Virus record (IMG/VR): IMGVR_UViG_3300046517_000572
DNA: 64,000 nt
From: an uncultured virus (IMG/VR IMGVR_UViG_3300046517_000572)
Lineage: Duplodnaviria; Heunggongvirae; Uroviricota; Caudoviricetes
Reading direction: 5' to 3' (one strand)
Under the pieces are notes generated by a model, which searched no databases, was not told where the DNA came from, and worked only from the letters and a program-made list of their open reading frames with translations. Made by a program: the position numbers and the translations under genes. Positions 9,114 through 17,115 of this stretch are shown piece after piece (within the stretch, counting starts at the first letter, position 1; the number at the start of each line of letters is the position of its first letter).

Positions 9114-9886
9114 CGTCCGCGCTCCGCTGCCATGTTGCAGCCCTTACAGACCAGTTCCCGCACGCGAGCGTGGGCGTCGTGGAATGCGGCGAAGCACGCA
9201 GCGTCGGCCGGATCAGCGAACTCCCAGCCGTGGGTGGGCAAATCCACCATCGCGTGGTCTGGCGGCAATCCGTAGTGCGCGACGAACAGTGTCACGATGT
9301 CGCGGAATTTGGGATCGACGTGGTCGATCTGGCTGTTCTCCAACGTCAGGGTGCCGTGGCAGTGTGCCAGCACACCACGCCCACGCGGGCATGGTGTCCC
9401 AGGCTGGAAATGCCGCGCCTTGAACGCTTTCTGACTGGCCATGACGGCAGCCCGGCCAGCTTCAGCCAGCCGTCGCAACGGGTCTTTCTGCGAGGCATCC
9501 GGTCCCCGTAAGCAATTACGGTAGCCAAACGCCACGAGATCGGGCGGCGGTCGCTCAGTGACGATATGGAAGCCGCGATCGTCAGGCTTGATGAACGGCC
9601 AGTTGGGCTGGATGATGAAACCCCGGCAACCGTGTTGCAGTTTCTCCGCGCTGGCATAATGCCGCCCGATCGCGGCCCGCAGCACCACGTCGTAATCCGG
9701 TGGCAGAATGGTCTGGTAGTCGGCCCCCGACGTGTGCAGCATCAGTTGCAACAACCGCTCCGCCGCCGCCTTGGTCGGTAGCGTGAGCGGGCCAAGTGGC
9801 ACCGCGAACCGGTGATGGTGCCGCTTGTTGTGCGCGGGTTCCGCCAACACCTCCGCGACGATCGCCGCGAGCGGACGCGCGCCCAT
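9110..9886 (-). CDS. DCL/DUF3223-like domain plus HNH-like domain protein
   Basis: RHYASAEKLQHGC...RGFHIV...FGYRNCL resembles DUF3223; IDHVDP...F...H...CKGCN resembles an HNH/beta-beta-alpha metal finger; ATGA-coupled to the primase. Confidence 0.65.
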   Translation of the reverse strand: MGARPLAAIVAEVLAEPAHNKRHHHRFAVPLGPLTLPTKAAAERLLQLMLHTSGADYQTILPPDYDVVLRAAIGRHYASAEKLQHGCRGFIIQPNWPFIKPDDRGFHIVTERPPPDLVAFGYRNCLRGPDASQKDPLRRLAEAGRAAVMASQKAFKARHFQPGTPCPRGRGVLAHCHGTLTLENSQIDHVDPKFRDIVTLFVAHYGLPPDHAMVDLPTHGWEFADPADAACFAAFHDAHARVRELVCKGCNMAAERGR

Positions 9887-9960
9887 CAGCGCAACCTCCG
9901 GTCATCACCTCCAGGTCGTCGATCGGGCGTCGCTATGAAACCAGGGCCGTCAATCGATTG

Positions 9961-9969
9961 TGTGGATAA
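9961..9969 (-). promoter_or_regulatory. Perfect DnaA box
   Basis: TTATCCACA on the minus strand in the leader of the DCL-primase operon. Confidence 0.5.
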
Positions 9970-9994
9970 ATTCACGCGCGGACTCCTTGTTCTG

Positions 9995-10113
9995 GGCCGC
10001 TTCGTGGGATATATCGATCCTGCTACGGATGGATCGGTCTCCTCCCACAGAGCGGCCGGTTAGTTTGTTGTGTGACACGCACGCCTCTCGGTTCCCGCCG
10101 GGAGGCGTTGTCA
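9995..10113 (-). other. Two long hairpins in the replication-operon leader
   Basis: TGACA-ACGCCTC...GAGGCGT-TGTCA (10073-10113) and GGCCGCT-GTGGGA-CGATCC...GGATCG-TCCCAC-AGCGGCC (9995-10057). Confidence 0.6.
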
Positions 10114-10225
10114 TTTTCGGAAGGCTGGGAACCCTAAACCGAAGCCCCAAGCCTAGGCCCGTGATCGCCTCCCTGCCAAGGCTTTGTGCGGTATCGCACG
10201 CTTCATGAATTATCCCCCGATCCGC

Positions 10226-11218
10226 TCACAGGCCGACATGGCGGTGTTGCGTCAGTGGCGCGGCGCCCTGCCCGCGCGCGTGCGGTGCCCACCAGTAGAC
10301 CCCCGACGCTCTGATCTTGAAATGTCCCCTGACCAGATGCAGCCGATGCGGCTGATAGGCATCGCTGGCATGGCCCGCGCGGGCCGCCAGAGCGCGCGTC
10401 AGGCGGATGGCAACGTGGGTGTAGTCTTGCAGCGGCAGCTTGCCGCGCGCCTTCCTGGCCTTGTTCAGCTTGGCGGCAATGGGCCGTGGATGATTGACCG
10501 CGAGGTTGCGGCTGTTCATCAGCATGATGGCGGCGCGCAGCAACGGCGGCTCGCCCTCGATATCCAGCATCGCGGCTTGCATCAGCTTGCCGAAGCTGGG
10601 CGACTCCGTGACGATCTCGATGAACTTGCGCAGCATCGGATTGAACACCACGCCGAAGCGTTGGTTCTCCGCGATCAGATCGGCGCGGCTCGATTGCCGC
10701 ACGCGTGGGAAGGTCTTGGCGAGGTTGGTCCAGTCGTCGTCGTTGGCGCGCATGTGCCAGGACGCCGCGTCGGTCATGTCGGGCACCGGCTCCGCCGCGT
10801 CCACGCGCCAGTCAAAGGTCACCATCAGCGGGCACAGGTTGATGCCGCCGTCCTCGCCATCGGTCGGGTGATTCCAGACGTATGAGATGCTGCCGCGTTG
10901 CAGGCTGTCGTCGGTGATCACCAGCGCGCCCATGCGTTTTGGCACCGGGGCGGCGAGTTCGCGTTTCTTGGCCTCGCGGCCAGAAAAGGTTCCCGGCCAT
11001 TCAAACCAGCATTGCTGGAACGGCAACCGGCACAGCGGCAGCGCCCTGAGTTGCGGCCCGATCGCTGAGTCCGAGATGGTCAGCGCCGAGCGCATCACCT
11101 CGGGCGCGAGGTCGAACCGCTGTGCCTTGGCAATCTGGCGGGACAGCGCGCCGAACGCACCCTGATACAGCCCATCGGTGACGCCGCCCACGCTGGCGGC
11201 AATGTCGTCAGCCAGCAT
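10226..11218 (-). CDS. Conserved phage protein with C-terminal HxVRGH motif (possibly AcrVA2/FinQ-like)
   Basis: 330 aa; RLPFQQCWFEW near the N-terminus; PHRLHLVRGHFKIR...WWAPH at the C-terminus. Confidence 0.75.
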   Translation of the reverse strand: MLADDIAASVGGVTDGLYQGAFGALSRQIAKAQRFDLAPEVMRSALTISDSAIGPQLRALPLCRLPFQQCWFEWPGTFSGREAKKRELAAPVPKRMGALVITDDSLQRGSISYVWNHPTDGEDGGINLCPLMVTFDWRVDAAEPVPDMTDAASWHMRANDDDWTNLAKTFPRVRQSSRADLIAENQRFGVVFNPMLRKFIEIVTESPSFGKLMQAAMLDIEGEPPLLRAAIMLMNSRNLAVNHPRPIAAKLNKARKARGKLPLQDYTHVAIRLTRALAARAGHASDAYQPHRLHLVRGHFKIRASGVYWWAPHARGQGAAPLTQHRHVGL

Positions 11219-11408
11219 GGTCGAGCAGCGCCCATTCCGCCGCCTCCCTGGCTTCCTTGAGGCTGGTCGCCTCGTGCGCGATGAGTTGCAGCGTCTTCAG
11301 CCAGCGGGCCAGAGTGGCGCGCTCCTGCGCCTCGCGTTCGGCCAGCCGGGCGCGGTGGCGCGCCATGCGGATGGCGCCCTTGGGGTCTTTCGGCATCGGT
11401 TTACGCAT
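11208..11408 (-). CDS. Small basic helical protein
   Basis: AIRMARHRARL; overlaps both neighbours. Confidence 0.55.
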   Translation of the reverse strand: MRKPMPKDPKGAIRMARHRARLAEREAQERATLARWLKTLQLIAHEATSLKEAREAAEWALLDHAG

Positions 11409-11577
11409 AGGGGTTCACCCGGCTGGTCGGCACGTTGAACCGGGCGCAGCGCGCCTCAAACGCCCTGGCATCCGCCTCGTGGGCGAACGGCTGGTCGCGC
11501 CAGTCGCCGTTATCCTCCTGCAACCAGACCCAGACATGTTGGTCGATCCAGGCTTGGGTTTTTACGTCATCGATCAT
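11401..11577 (-). CDS. Hypothetical protein
   Basis: ATG 11577 with GAGG RBS. Confidence 0.55.
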   Translation of the reverse strand: MIDDVKTQAWIDQHVWVWLQEDNGDWRDQPFAHEADARAFEARCARFNVPTSRVNPYA

Positions 11578-11578
11578 C

Positions 11579-11788
11579 TCAGTTCCTCTCGGGGATGGTG
11601 AAATCAACCACCATGCCGGTGGCGGCCAGCGCGCGGAGGTAGTCCATCGTGGTATGCTCCGCGCTCATGAAAAACCCGCCGCGCTGGGTGGCGCCGACGC
11701 TGTCGGTCGCCTTGTGGATGCAGCGCATGTAGTTGGTGTGAACCACCAGGGCGTCGCCCTGCCGCACCACCCAGGCCCGATCGGTCAT
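11579..11788 (-). CDS. Hypothetical protein
   Basis: MTDRAWVV..., ATGA-coupled. Confidence 0.5.
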   Translation of the reverse strand: MTDRAWVVRQGDALVVHTNYMRCIHKATDSVGATQRGGFFMSAEHTTMDYLRALAATGMVVDFTIPERN

Positions 11789-11985
11789 GCCGACACCGTG
11801 GCGGCGACACCGTAGAGGGTGCGCTTTTCCCAGCTTGCGTAGACGTGGTTGTAGCGGCGCATCGCGTCGCACTTGCGGCGGAAACACTCGATCCGCTTGC
11901 CGGTCGGGATGTAGATGATGGCAAACCAGCCATCCTCGATCGCATCGACGCGGTAGTGGGTGGGCTGGTAGCTGGTCTTGATCAT
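11785..11985 (-). CDS. Hypothetical protein
   Basis: MIKTSYQP...; TGATG-coupled to the upstream peptide. Confidence 0.55.
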   Translation of the reverse strand: MIKTSYQPTHYRVDAIEDGWFAIIYIPTGKRIECFRRKCDAMRRYNHVYASWEKRTLYGVAATVSA

Positions 11986-12074
11986 CACAGCCCCACCACG
12001 ATCTGCGCCATGTAGAAGGCGGTCACGAGCAGCATGCCGGTCAGGAAAGCGTAGGTCAGGAGGGTCTTGGTCAT
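11985..12074 (-). CDS. 29-aa single-TM peptide
   Basis: MTKTLLTYAFLTGMLLVTAFYMAQIVVGL; AAGGA RBS; first ORF after the promoter at 12100-12128. Confidence 0.5.
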   Translation of the reverse strand: MTKTLLTYAFLTGMLLVTAFYMAQIVVGL

Positions 12075-12099
12075 CGGGGTCTTCCTTGTCTCTGGAAGC

Positions 12100-12146
12100 A
12101 CCCTAGGCCGTTACGTGACGCCCGTCAACAGAAAACGAACGTGACG
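12100..12146 (-). promoter_or_regulatory. Sigma70-type promoter with two ACGTGACG operator-like repeats
   Basis: TTGACG-N17-TAGGGT (12128-12100); ACGTGACG at 12113-12120 and 12139-12146. Confidence 0.6.
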
Positions 12147-12157
12147 GCGATTTATTT

Positions 12158-12382
12158 TCAGTGCCGCGTGTGATGCTCGTCGCCGTCCGCGTCTTCGTCG
12201 TCGCTCGCCCGGTTGTTTGCCGCCTGCTCGCAGGCCAGATGGAAAGCGTTGGCGATCCGCAGACCATAAGCAGCGAGGCAGGACGGGCAATGCTCCAGAT
12301 GCGGGTCACGGGTCTGGAGCCGCACGGAGAAATGCCCCTCGTCTTCCTCCACGATCGCGCATTTCAGGATGGTGCGGGCCAT
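12158..12382 (-). CDS. Hypothetical protein (CxxC)
   Basis: MARTILKC...HCPSC; AGGAG RBS. Confidence 0.55.
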   Translation of the reverse strand: MARTILKCAIVEEDEGHFSVRLQTRDPHLEHCPSCLAAYGLRIANAFHLACEQAANNRASDDEDADGDEHHTRH

Positions 12383-12582
12383 CAGGCGTTCTCCTGCCGC
12401 TCCAGCGCGGCCAGCCGCCAACCCTTGCGGGTGCAGTAGCTCTCGACGCCCGCCAGCGGCTTGCCGACCATCCAGCGGAGGATCGGTGCGGCGTCAGCCA
12501 CCCGCCCGTCAGGCGCCACGCCAAGCCCGGCGCAGAAGTGCGGCGCGGTCACCTGATACCATGTCAGCGGTTCAGGCGGCAT
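12382..12582 (-). CDS. Hypothetical phage protein
   Basis: APHFCAGL...AAPILRWMVGK...KGW, a recurrent small phage protein pattern. Confidence 0.65.
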   Translation of the reverse strand: MPPEPLTWYQVTAPHFCAGLGVAPDGRVADAAPILRWMVGKPLAGVESYCTRKGWRLAALERQENA

Positions 12583-12820
12583 CGTCAGGCAGCTTGATCC
12601 GCTGCGGCCGGAACACCGCGCGGTTCAGCGCCATCCAGGCTTGGTCGAACTGCGTCCGCGCGATCGCCAGCCATCGCTGGTCATACTGGGCGCCAGCGTT
12701 CACCATCTCATCGAGCGTGCGGAGGAGGCGCTCCTCGATCTCCTTGTTGCGGTTCACCAGATCGATCGCCTGCTGTGGCTGCGGCTGGTAGCCATGCACC
12801 GGCAAACCTTGCTGCATCAC
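12572..12820 (-). CDS. acb2: Acb2-like anti-CBASS cyclic-oligonucleotide sponge
   Basis: GYQP...IDLVNRNK...RWLAIARTQFDQAWMALNRAVFRP matches the Acb2 pattern GYR...IDxxNxxK...RWLAIxxTxxQxxxMAxxRAxxxP. Confidence 0.8.
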   Translation of the reverse strand: MMQQGLPVHGYQPQPQQAIDLVNRNKEIEERLLRTLDEMVNAGAQYDQRWLAIARTQFDQAWMALNRAVFRPQRIKLPDDAA

Positions 12821-13020
12821 GCCCCCCGCTGCCAGCGAAAGAACGCCATCAGGTCGGTATCATCCGCCACCGGCATGCCATCCGACATCGCATCCATGAA
12901 CGCCTCAAACGACTCTTTCTCGATGATCCGCCTGCCGTCCGACAGCACATGGCATTTGAGGTCGATGCCCCACAGATGGAACGTGCCCGACCAGACGGCG
13001 GTGGGTAGCGCCTCGCTCAT
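12817..13020 (-). CDS. Small protein resembling the N-terminus of P63C-type phage proteins
   Basis: GTFHLWGIDLKCHVLSDGRRII; AGGAG RBS. Confidence 0.6.
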   Translation of the reverse strand: MSEALPTAVWSGTFHLWGIDLKCHVLSDGRRIIEKESFEAFMDAMSDGMPVADDTDLMAFFRWQRGA

Positions 13021-13037
13021 GGCGTCTCCTGATAAAC

Positions 13038-13068
13038 CAAAGGCGGTCCTGTGACGGAACCGCCTTTG
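13038..13068 (-). terminator. Intrinsic terminator/attenuator hairpin
   Basis: CAAAGGCGGT...ACCGCCTTTG stem followed by GTTT on the minus strand. Confidence 0.5.
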
Positions 13069-13283
13069 CTCGCCTGTCTACCCGATCGCTCCCGAGAAGC
13101 GGGCCGACGTTCGGAGCGTAGCACCTGATCGTCGGCAGCGGCAACCAGACCGATGCAGACGAGACAGCGGTTGAGATCGAGCATCACCACCACGCAGCAT
13201 GCGGGCGCACCACAGACGCATCTACGCGCTGTGAACGCGGCGGCGAGGTCGGCATGGTCGATCTGTTTGATCGGTTGTCCTTT

Positions 13284-13604
13284 TCAGATGAAACATTCCA
13301 GAGAAGTATGCTCGCAATAGCCGCACAAGAGTGCCCGCGTGGGCTTGTCGTCGGGGTCACGGTCACCAAAGCGATCGTTTAGTTCGGTATCTGACAATGC
13401 TCCCAGCACACTGTCCAGCCTTCGTAACTGCTCCGCCGCTGTCGGCATCAACCACCATTGGCTGTGCGTACGGTAGCAGTATTTGCAATAACCGCGCACC
13501 CCTTTTGCGCGCCCCACCGGCCTTACCTCAGAAACATAAGTCCCTTCATGCGGAACTATGAGCGTTGCTCGATGAGTCGGTGCGGTCTTCGCTCGCAGGC
13601 TCAT
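13284..13604 (-). CDS. Zn-finger protein
   Basis: CKYC...CGYC. Confidence 0.65.
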   Translation of the reverse strand: MSLRAKTAPTHRATLIVPHEGTYVSEVRPVGRAKGVRGYCKYCYRTHSQWWLMPTAAEQLRRLDSVLGALSDTELNDRFGDRDPDDKPTRALLCGYCEHTSLECFI

Positions 13605-14329
13605 ACCGGTTCCGCCGCCGCCTTGGGTGGCGGCAGCTTGGGCAACGCCCGGCGCAGACCGGACCCAATCGTCTTGGCAGTATCACGGGCGGTCGCTGCC
13701 GACGTTGTGTTCGGGCGGGCATAAGCCAGTCGGTTGGCGATATGGGTGTTGGCGCCTTCGGTCACCCGCACACCGCGCTCCAGCCACTTCTGCAACAGGG
13801 CTGGGTTCTCGCCGTCCTTGCGGCGGGCGCCATAGTTGGGAGGGAAGATGATGATACCGGCGATCGGCCCGCTGTCGATCACCGCGTCGTTGGCGATCTC
13901 CTCGCCGGTCTCCAGATCACGCCCCCGCGCATTGCTGGTTCGCTTGGGTAGCGAATGCTGCATGTCAAAATTCGTCATGGCGTCAATCGCGTTGGTGCCG
14001 CTGTGATAGACACTGGTGAAAAAATACTTGGTCACCGGCACAACGGGGTTCTCGGAGTCCTTCTCGTAGTGTTTGTAACCAGCCTGGAACAGCGACGAGT
14101 TGATGATGCGGTTTTCAAACTTTTCGCGCACCGCCTCCCGGATGCCGTTCTCCAGCTTATGCCGCAACCCCTCGTCATCGGTTTCAACGATAATCAGTAG
14201 CTGGTCCACCACCTGTTCGCGAGTGAACGCCAGCGGTAGTTCGGTCCTGCCGACCAGTTCGGTGATCGCCTGGGCGATATCGTGGGCAAGCAGGCCGCGC
14301 GTGGCGAGCCGTGAATATCTTTGCATCAT
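13601..14329 (-). CDS. Hypothetical protein co-transcribed with the ParB-like gene
   Basis: 242-aa ORF starting 2 nt after the ParB stop. Confidence 0.75.
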   Translation of the reverse strand: MMQRYSRLATRGLLAHDIAQAITELVGRTELPLAFTREQVVDQLLIIVETDDEGLRHKLENGIREAVREKFENRIINSSLFQAGYKHYEKDSENPVVPVTKYFFTSVYHSGTNAIDAMTNFDMQHSLPKRTSNARGRDLETGEEIANDAVIDSGPIAGIIIFPPNYGARRKDGENPALLQKWLERGVRVTEGANTHIANRLAYARPNTTSAATARDTAKTIGSGLRRALPKLPPPKAAAEPV

Positions 14330-14331
14330 GC

Positions 14332-15363
14332 TTACACTCCCAACGCGGCCTCAAGACGGTCGGCATACTTGGTGGCACGCGCAGCCAGTGCGCGCAGCGA
14401 CTTGATCAGTGGTTGCGCGTCACGATACTCGATGTGCTGCGCGTTCTTGATGATCGCTTCCAGACGCTCCTGCCATTTGTCGGATGGGAACAACGGACCA
14501 AGCTTGGGCGCGATGTCAGCGATATAATCCTCGATCGGCGGCAGCTTCACGAGTTTGGTCGAGGGCACTGGTTTGCGCTTGTGCGGCGGCACCAGTTCGT
14601 CTGTCTTCTGTCGGATATTATGGATGGTCACCGGGTTGGCGTTCTTGCCACGCGGGTCATGCAGCGAGCGGCCCGCAGCAACACGCATCCCCTCGGCCAG
14701 TTTCTCACCCACATTGCGGGCAAGCTCCTTGTCGCCGGTCTCCTGCTCGACACGCCTTGTCTGTGTCGCAACCGCCTGTGCCTGCTTGGTACTGAGGGCT
14801 GCTGTGGCAGTTTCACGCAGCGTCTCCCTTTCGGTGGCGGCTAGGGTATCGAGTGTCGCCTCGACCCGCCAATCCTTCCAACCAAGGAACTTACCAAGTG
14901 TCTTGGCGGTGTAGAGGTGGTGGTTTCCGCTCGTGGGGAAACCACTGGTTACGAAGTGGGGAGCGTAACGCAGCGGACCACCGTGCGTGTCAGTCGGCTT
15001 TGGTAGTTTAATTCGACCGTCCGCATAGCCCTTGACGATGGCGCGCACCGTCTCCAGTTCCACGTCAGCGGAGGCGCCCCACTCCTCCATGTTCTCGTGC
15101 GCCATGATCTGCGCCATCTTGGTGTCGTCGAGATCGCGCACCGGCACGTCGATGTAATCAATGCGCTCCTTCTTCAAAGCCTCCAGCCGGTGATGCCCGT
15201 AGGCAATCTCGTAGACCCCGTTGACCTTGCGCACGAGCAGGTTGTCCCAGAAGGACGTGTCCTTGATCGAGCGCCGCAGCGCCTCGATCTTTTCCGGTTT
15301 TTGGGGGAACCGCTTGGCATCGCGGAACGGATTAGATCGCAGATCAGCGACGGCAATACGCAT
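14332..15363 (-). CDS. ParB/Srx N-terminal domain protein
   Basis: LRSNPFR...IEALRRSI...YEIAYGHHRLEALK...HEN; GAGGAG RBS. Confidence 0.85.
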   Translation of the reverse strand: MRIAVADLRSNPFRDAKRFPQKPEKIEALRRSIKDTSFWDNLLVRKVNGVYEIAYGHHRLEALKKERIDYIDVPVRDLDDTKMAQIMAHENMEEWGASADVELETVRAIVKGYADGRIKLPKPTDTHGGPLRYAPHFVTSGFPTSGNHHLYTAKTLGKFLGWKDWRVEATLDTLAATERETLRETATAALSTKQAQAVATQTRRVEQETGDKELARNVGEKLAEGMRVAAGRSLHDPRGKNANPVTIHNIRQKTDELVPPHKRKPVPSTKLVKLPPIEDYIADIAPKLGPLFPSDKWQERLEAIIKNAQHIEYRDAQPLIKSLRALAARATKYADRLEAALGV

Positions 15364-15442
15364 TGTAGTCTCTCCTCGTTTCGGCCTAAGCCATGACAGC
15401 CACCCCGGTCATTGCGACAGGGCAACTGGAATAATTAAGCGA

Positions 15443-15910
15443 TTATTCGGCGGGCATGTCAACCGCCACCCACATATCAAGCTGGCGCGGATCGATGATG
15501 CGGCGCGGGCGTGGGCGAGGTATCCGCACGGGGCCGATGTAGATTAGCGAGTGCCACACCCGCATCGGTCTGCGGTGATTGCCGCGCTGCGATGATTCAA
15601 CCCAATCCTCGGTCGGCTCACAGACGCCCTGCTTCTGCAATTCCCGCATCAGCGGACCCAGCGCACGGTTTTCATGAGTGCGTGGCCCTTGGCGGTGCTG
15701 CCGGATACGCTCCATGTCGTCGGTATTAAAGCGCGGCTTGCGGCGCGCGACCTCGATACCGGCTGCCAGCATGAACGCCCACCATGCCGGATCGGCGTGC
15801 CGTTCGGCACGATCCATGCCGTCGCGCTTACCCGCAGCACCACCAATCGGATCAAAGCCACTCACGCTGGCAGCTTCATCATCATGCGGCGCCGACGTGG
15901 TATCTTCCAT
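15443..15910 (-). CDS. Hypothetical phage protein
   Basis: 155 aa; HENRALGPLM...VWHSLI. Confidence 0.65.
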   Translation of the reverse strand: MEDTTSAPHDDEAASVSGFDPIGGAAGKRDGMDRAERHADPAWWAFMLAAGIEVARRKPRFNTDDMERIRQHRQGPRTHENRALGPLMRELQKQGVCEPTEDWVESSQRGNHRRPMRVWHSLIYIGPVRIPRPRPRRIIDPRQLDMWVAVDMPAE

Positions 15911-16320
15911 TCATCGATCGCCAGCATCAGGTCGTCCTCGTTGTCCACGATCGCCACGTTGCAGCCGTTTAAGAACGCGTGCGCTAAAACCTCTTTTTGC
16001 GCGTCGGACAACACCCCGGTGACCGGCTTCTTGATTTCCACGAGATGGCCACGCCCGCGATAAAAAATGAACGTATCCGGCAGCCCATCAATCAGGCCAC
16101 GACCGACGCGGGCGCCGGGTGCCGACGAGGCGGAGTTGGCGATATCGACCGAGAACCACAGCACGCCCTGCTTGTTCAGCCGTCCCGGCGGGCCGAACTC
16201 TAATCGCAGACAGTCCGCGAACAGCTTCTGCAACTCCCACTCTGACGCCACCGGCATGGTCAGGCTGAATTGTGCGCCGCGTGCCATCGTCCACCTCATA
16301 ATTTGCTGGTGGGCGATCAT
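15862..16320 (-). CDS. VRR-NUC (PD-(D/E)xK) nuclease / resolvase
   Basis: SEWELQ...GLPD...LVEIK...LSDAQ. Confidence 0.85.
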   Translation of the reverse strand: MIAHQQIMRWTMARGAQFSLTMPVASEWELQKLFADCLRLEFGPPGRLNKQGVLWFSVDIANSASSAPGARVGRGLIDGLPDTFIFYRGRGHLVEIKKPVTGVLSDAQKEVLAHAFLNGCNVAIVDNEDDLMLAIDEWKIPRRRRMMMKLPA

Positions 16321-16511
16321 GCCGCTTTCCGCTCTACCTCCGCCAGATAGTGGCGGATCGCCTCCTCGACGATCTGCGAGCGGGTGCGCTGTTCCCGTAC
16401 CGACTGCGCAGCCAGCCGGTCGATCAGGTCGCGCGGGATCGTGGCGCCTAGCTGGAGCCGCTTGCGACCCTTGGGAGGTCGGTATGCTTTGAGCATGGGT
16501 AGCCTTTTCAT
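16317..16511 (-). CDS. Ribbon-helix-helix (CopG/Arc-like) repressor
   Basis: LGATIPRDLIDRLAAQS...TRSQIVEEAIRHYL. Confidence 0.85.
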   Translation of the reverse strand: MKRLPMLKAYRPPKGRKRLQLGATIPRDLIDRLAAQSVREQRTRSQIVEEAIRHYLAEVERKAA

Positions 16512-16563
16512 CTGTCAGATTTCACTCTTGCATATGTCGGACAGGTATGGCAAGTGTCATACA
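16512..16563. promoter_or_regulatory. Divergent promoter/operator region
   Basis: Transcription switches strand here; imperfect inverted repeat CTTGCATA...TATGGCAAG; TGTCnnA repeats at 16513, 16535, 16555. Confidence 0.55.
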
Positions 16564-17105
16564 TGAGCACCACATCACCCCCCAGGGTTCCCTCCGCCTA
16601 CCAACTGGAACAGGCCGTCTCGCTGTGGATGCAGCTACGGCAGGTTCCGGACGATGATTTCGAGGTGGACGAAAACGAGATCGAGCGGCTGATCCGCGAG
16701 GCCGGTCACCGCACGCCTGCCGAGATGCTGGCCACGCTGATCGACGCCGCCGTTATGCTGGATCAGAAGGCCGAGTTCTTCGACAGTCTCCGCAAACGCT
16801 ACGCCGAGAAAAAGGCGCGGTATGCGGAACGCCTGGAGCGCACCCGCGCCACCATCGTGCAGTTGATGGAGGTGCTGGAAACGCCAGCGGCTGAAGGCAG
16901 CCTGGGCAGCGCCGGTTTCGTCAAGCCGTCCAAGCACGTCGTCATCCTGGACCTCGCCAAGGTGCCCGAGAAATTCGTCACCCGCCCCGATCCGGTGCCG
17001 AAAAAGAATGACATCCGCGAAGCGATCAAAGCGGGCGAAGCCGTGCCCGGCGCGGAATACTCGGCGGGCAACGAGGCGCCGCAGATTCGCATCACCCCCT
17101 ATTAG
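16563..17105 (+). CDS. Siphovirus Gp157-like protein
   Basis: Coiled coil followed by VPEKF...PKKNDIREAIKAGEAVPGAE; precedes ERF. Confidence 0.8.
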   Translation: MSTTSPPRVPSAYQLEQAVSLWMQLRQVPDDDFEVDENEIERLIREAGHRTPAEMLATLIDAAVMLDQKAEFFDSLRKRYAEKKARYAERLERTRATIVQLMEVLETPAAEGSLGSAGFVKPSKHVVILDLAKVPEKFVTRPDPVPKKNDIREAIKAGEAVPGAEYSAGNEAPQIRITPY

Positions 17106-17115
17106 GAGCCGCTCC

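Noticed and set aside
15420..15445. CtrA box near the ParB promoter
   Set aside because: Only one TTAA half-site; no TTAA-N7-TTAA
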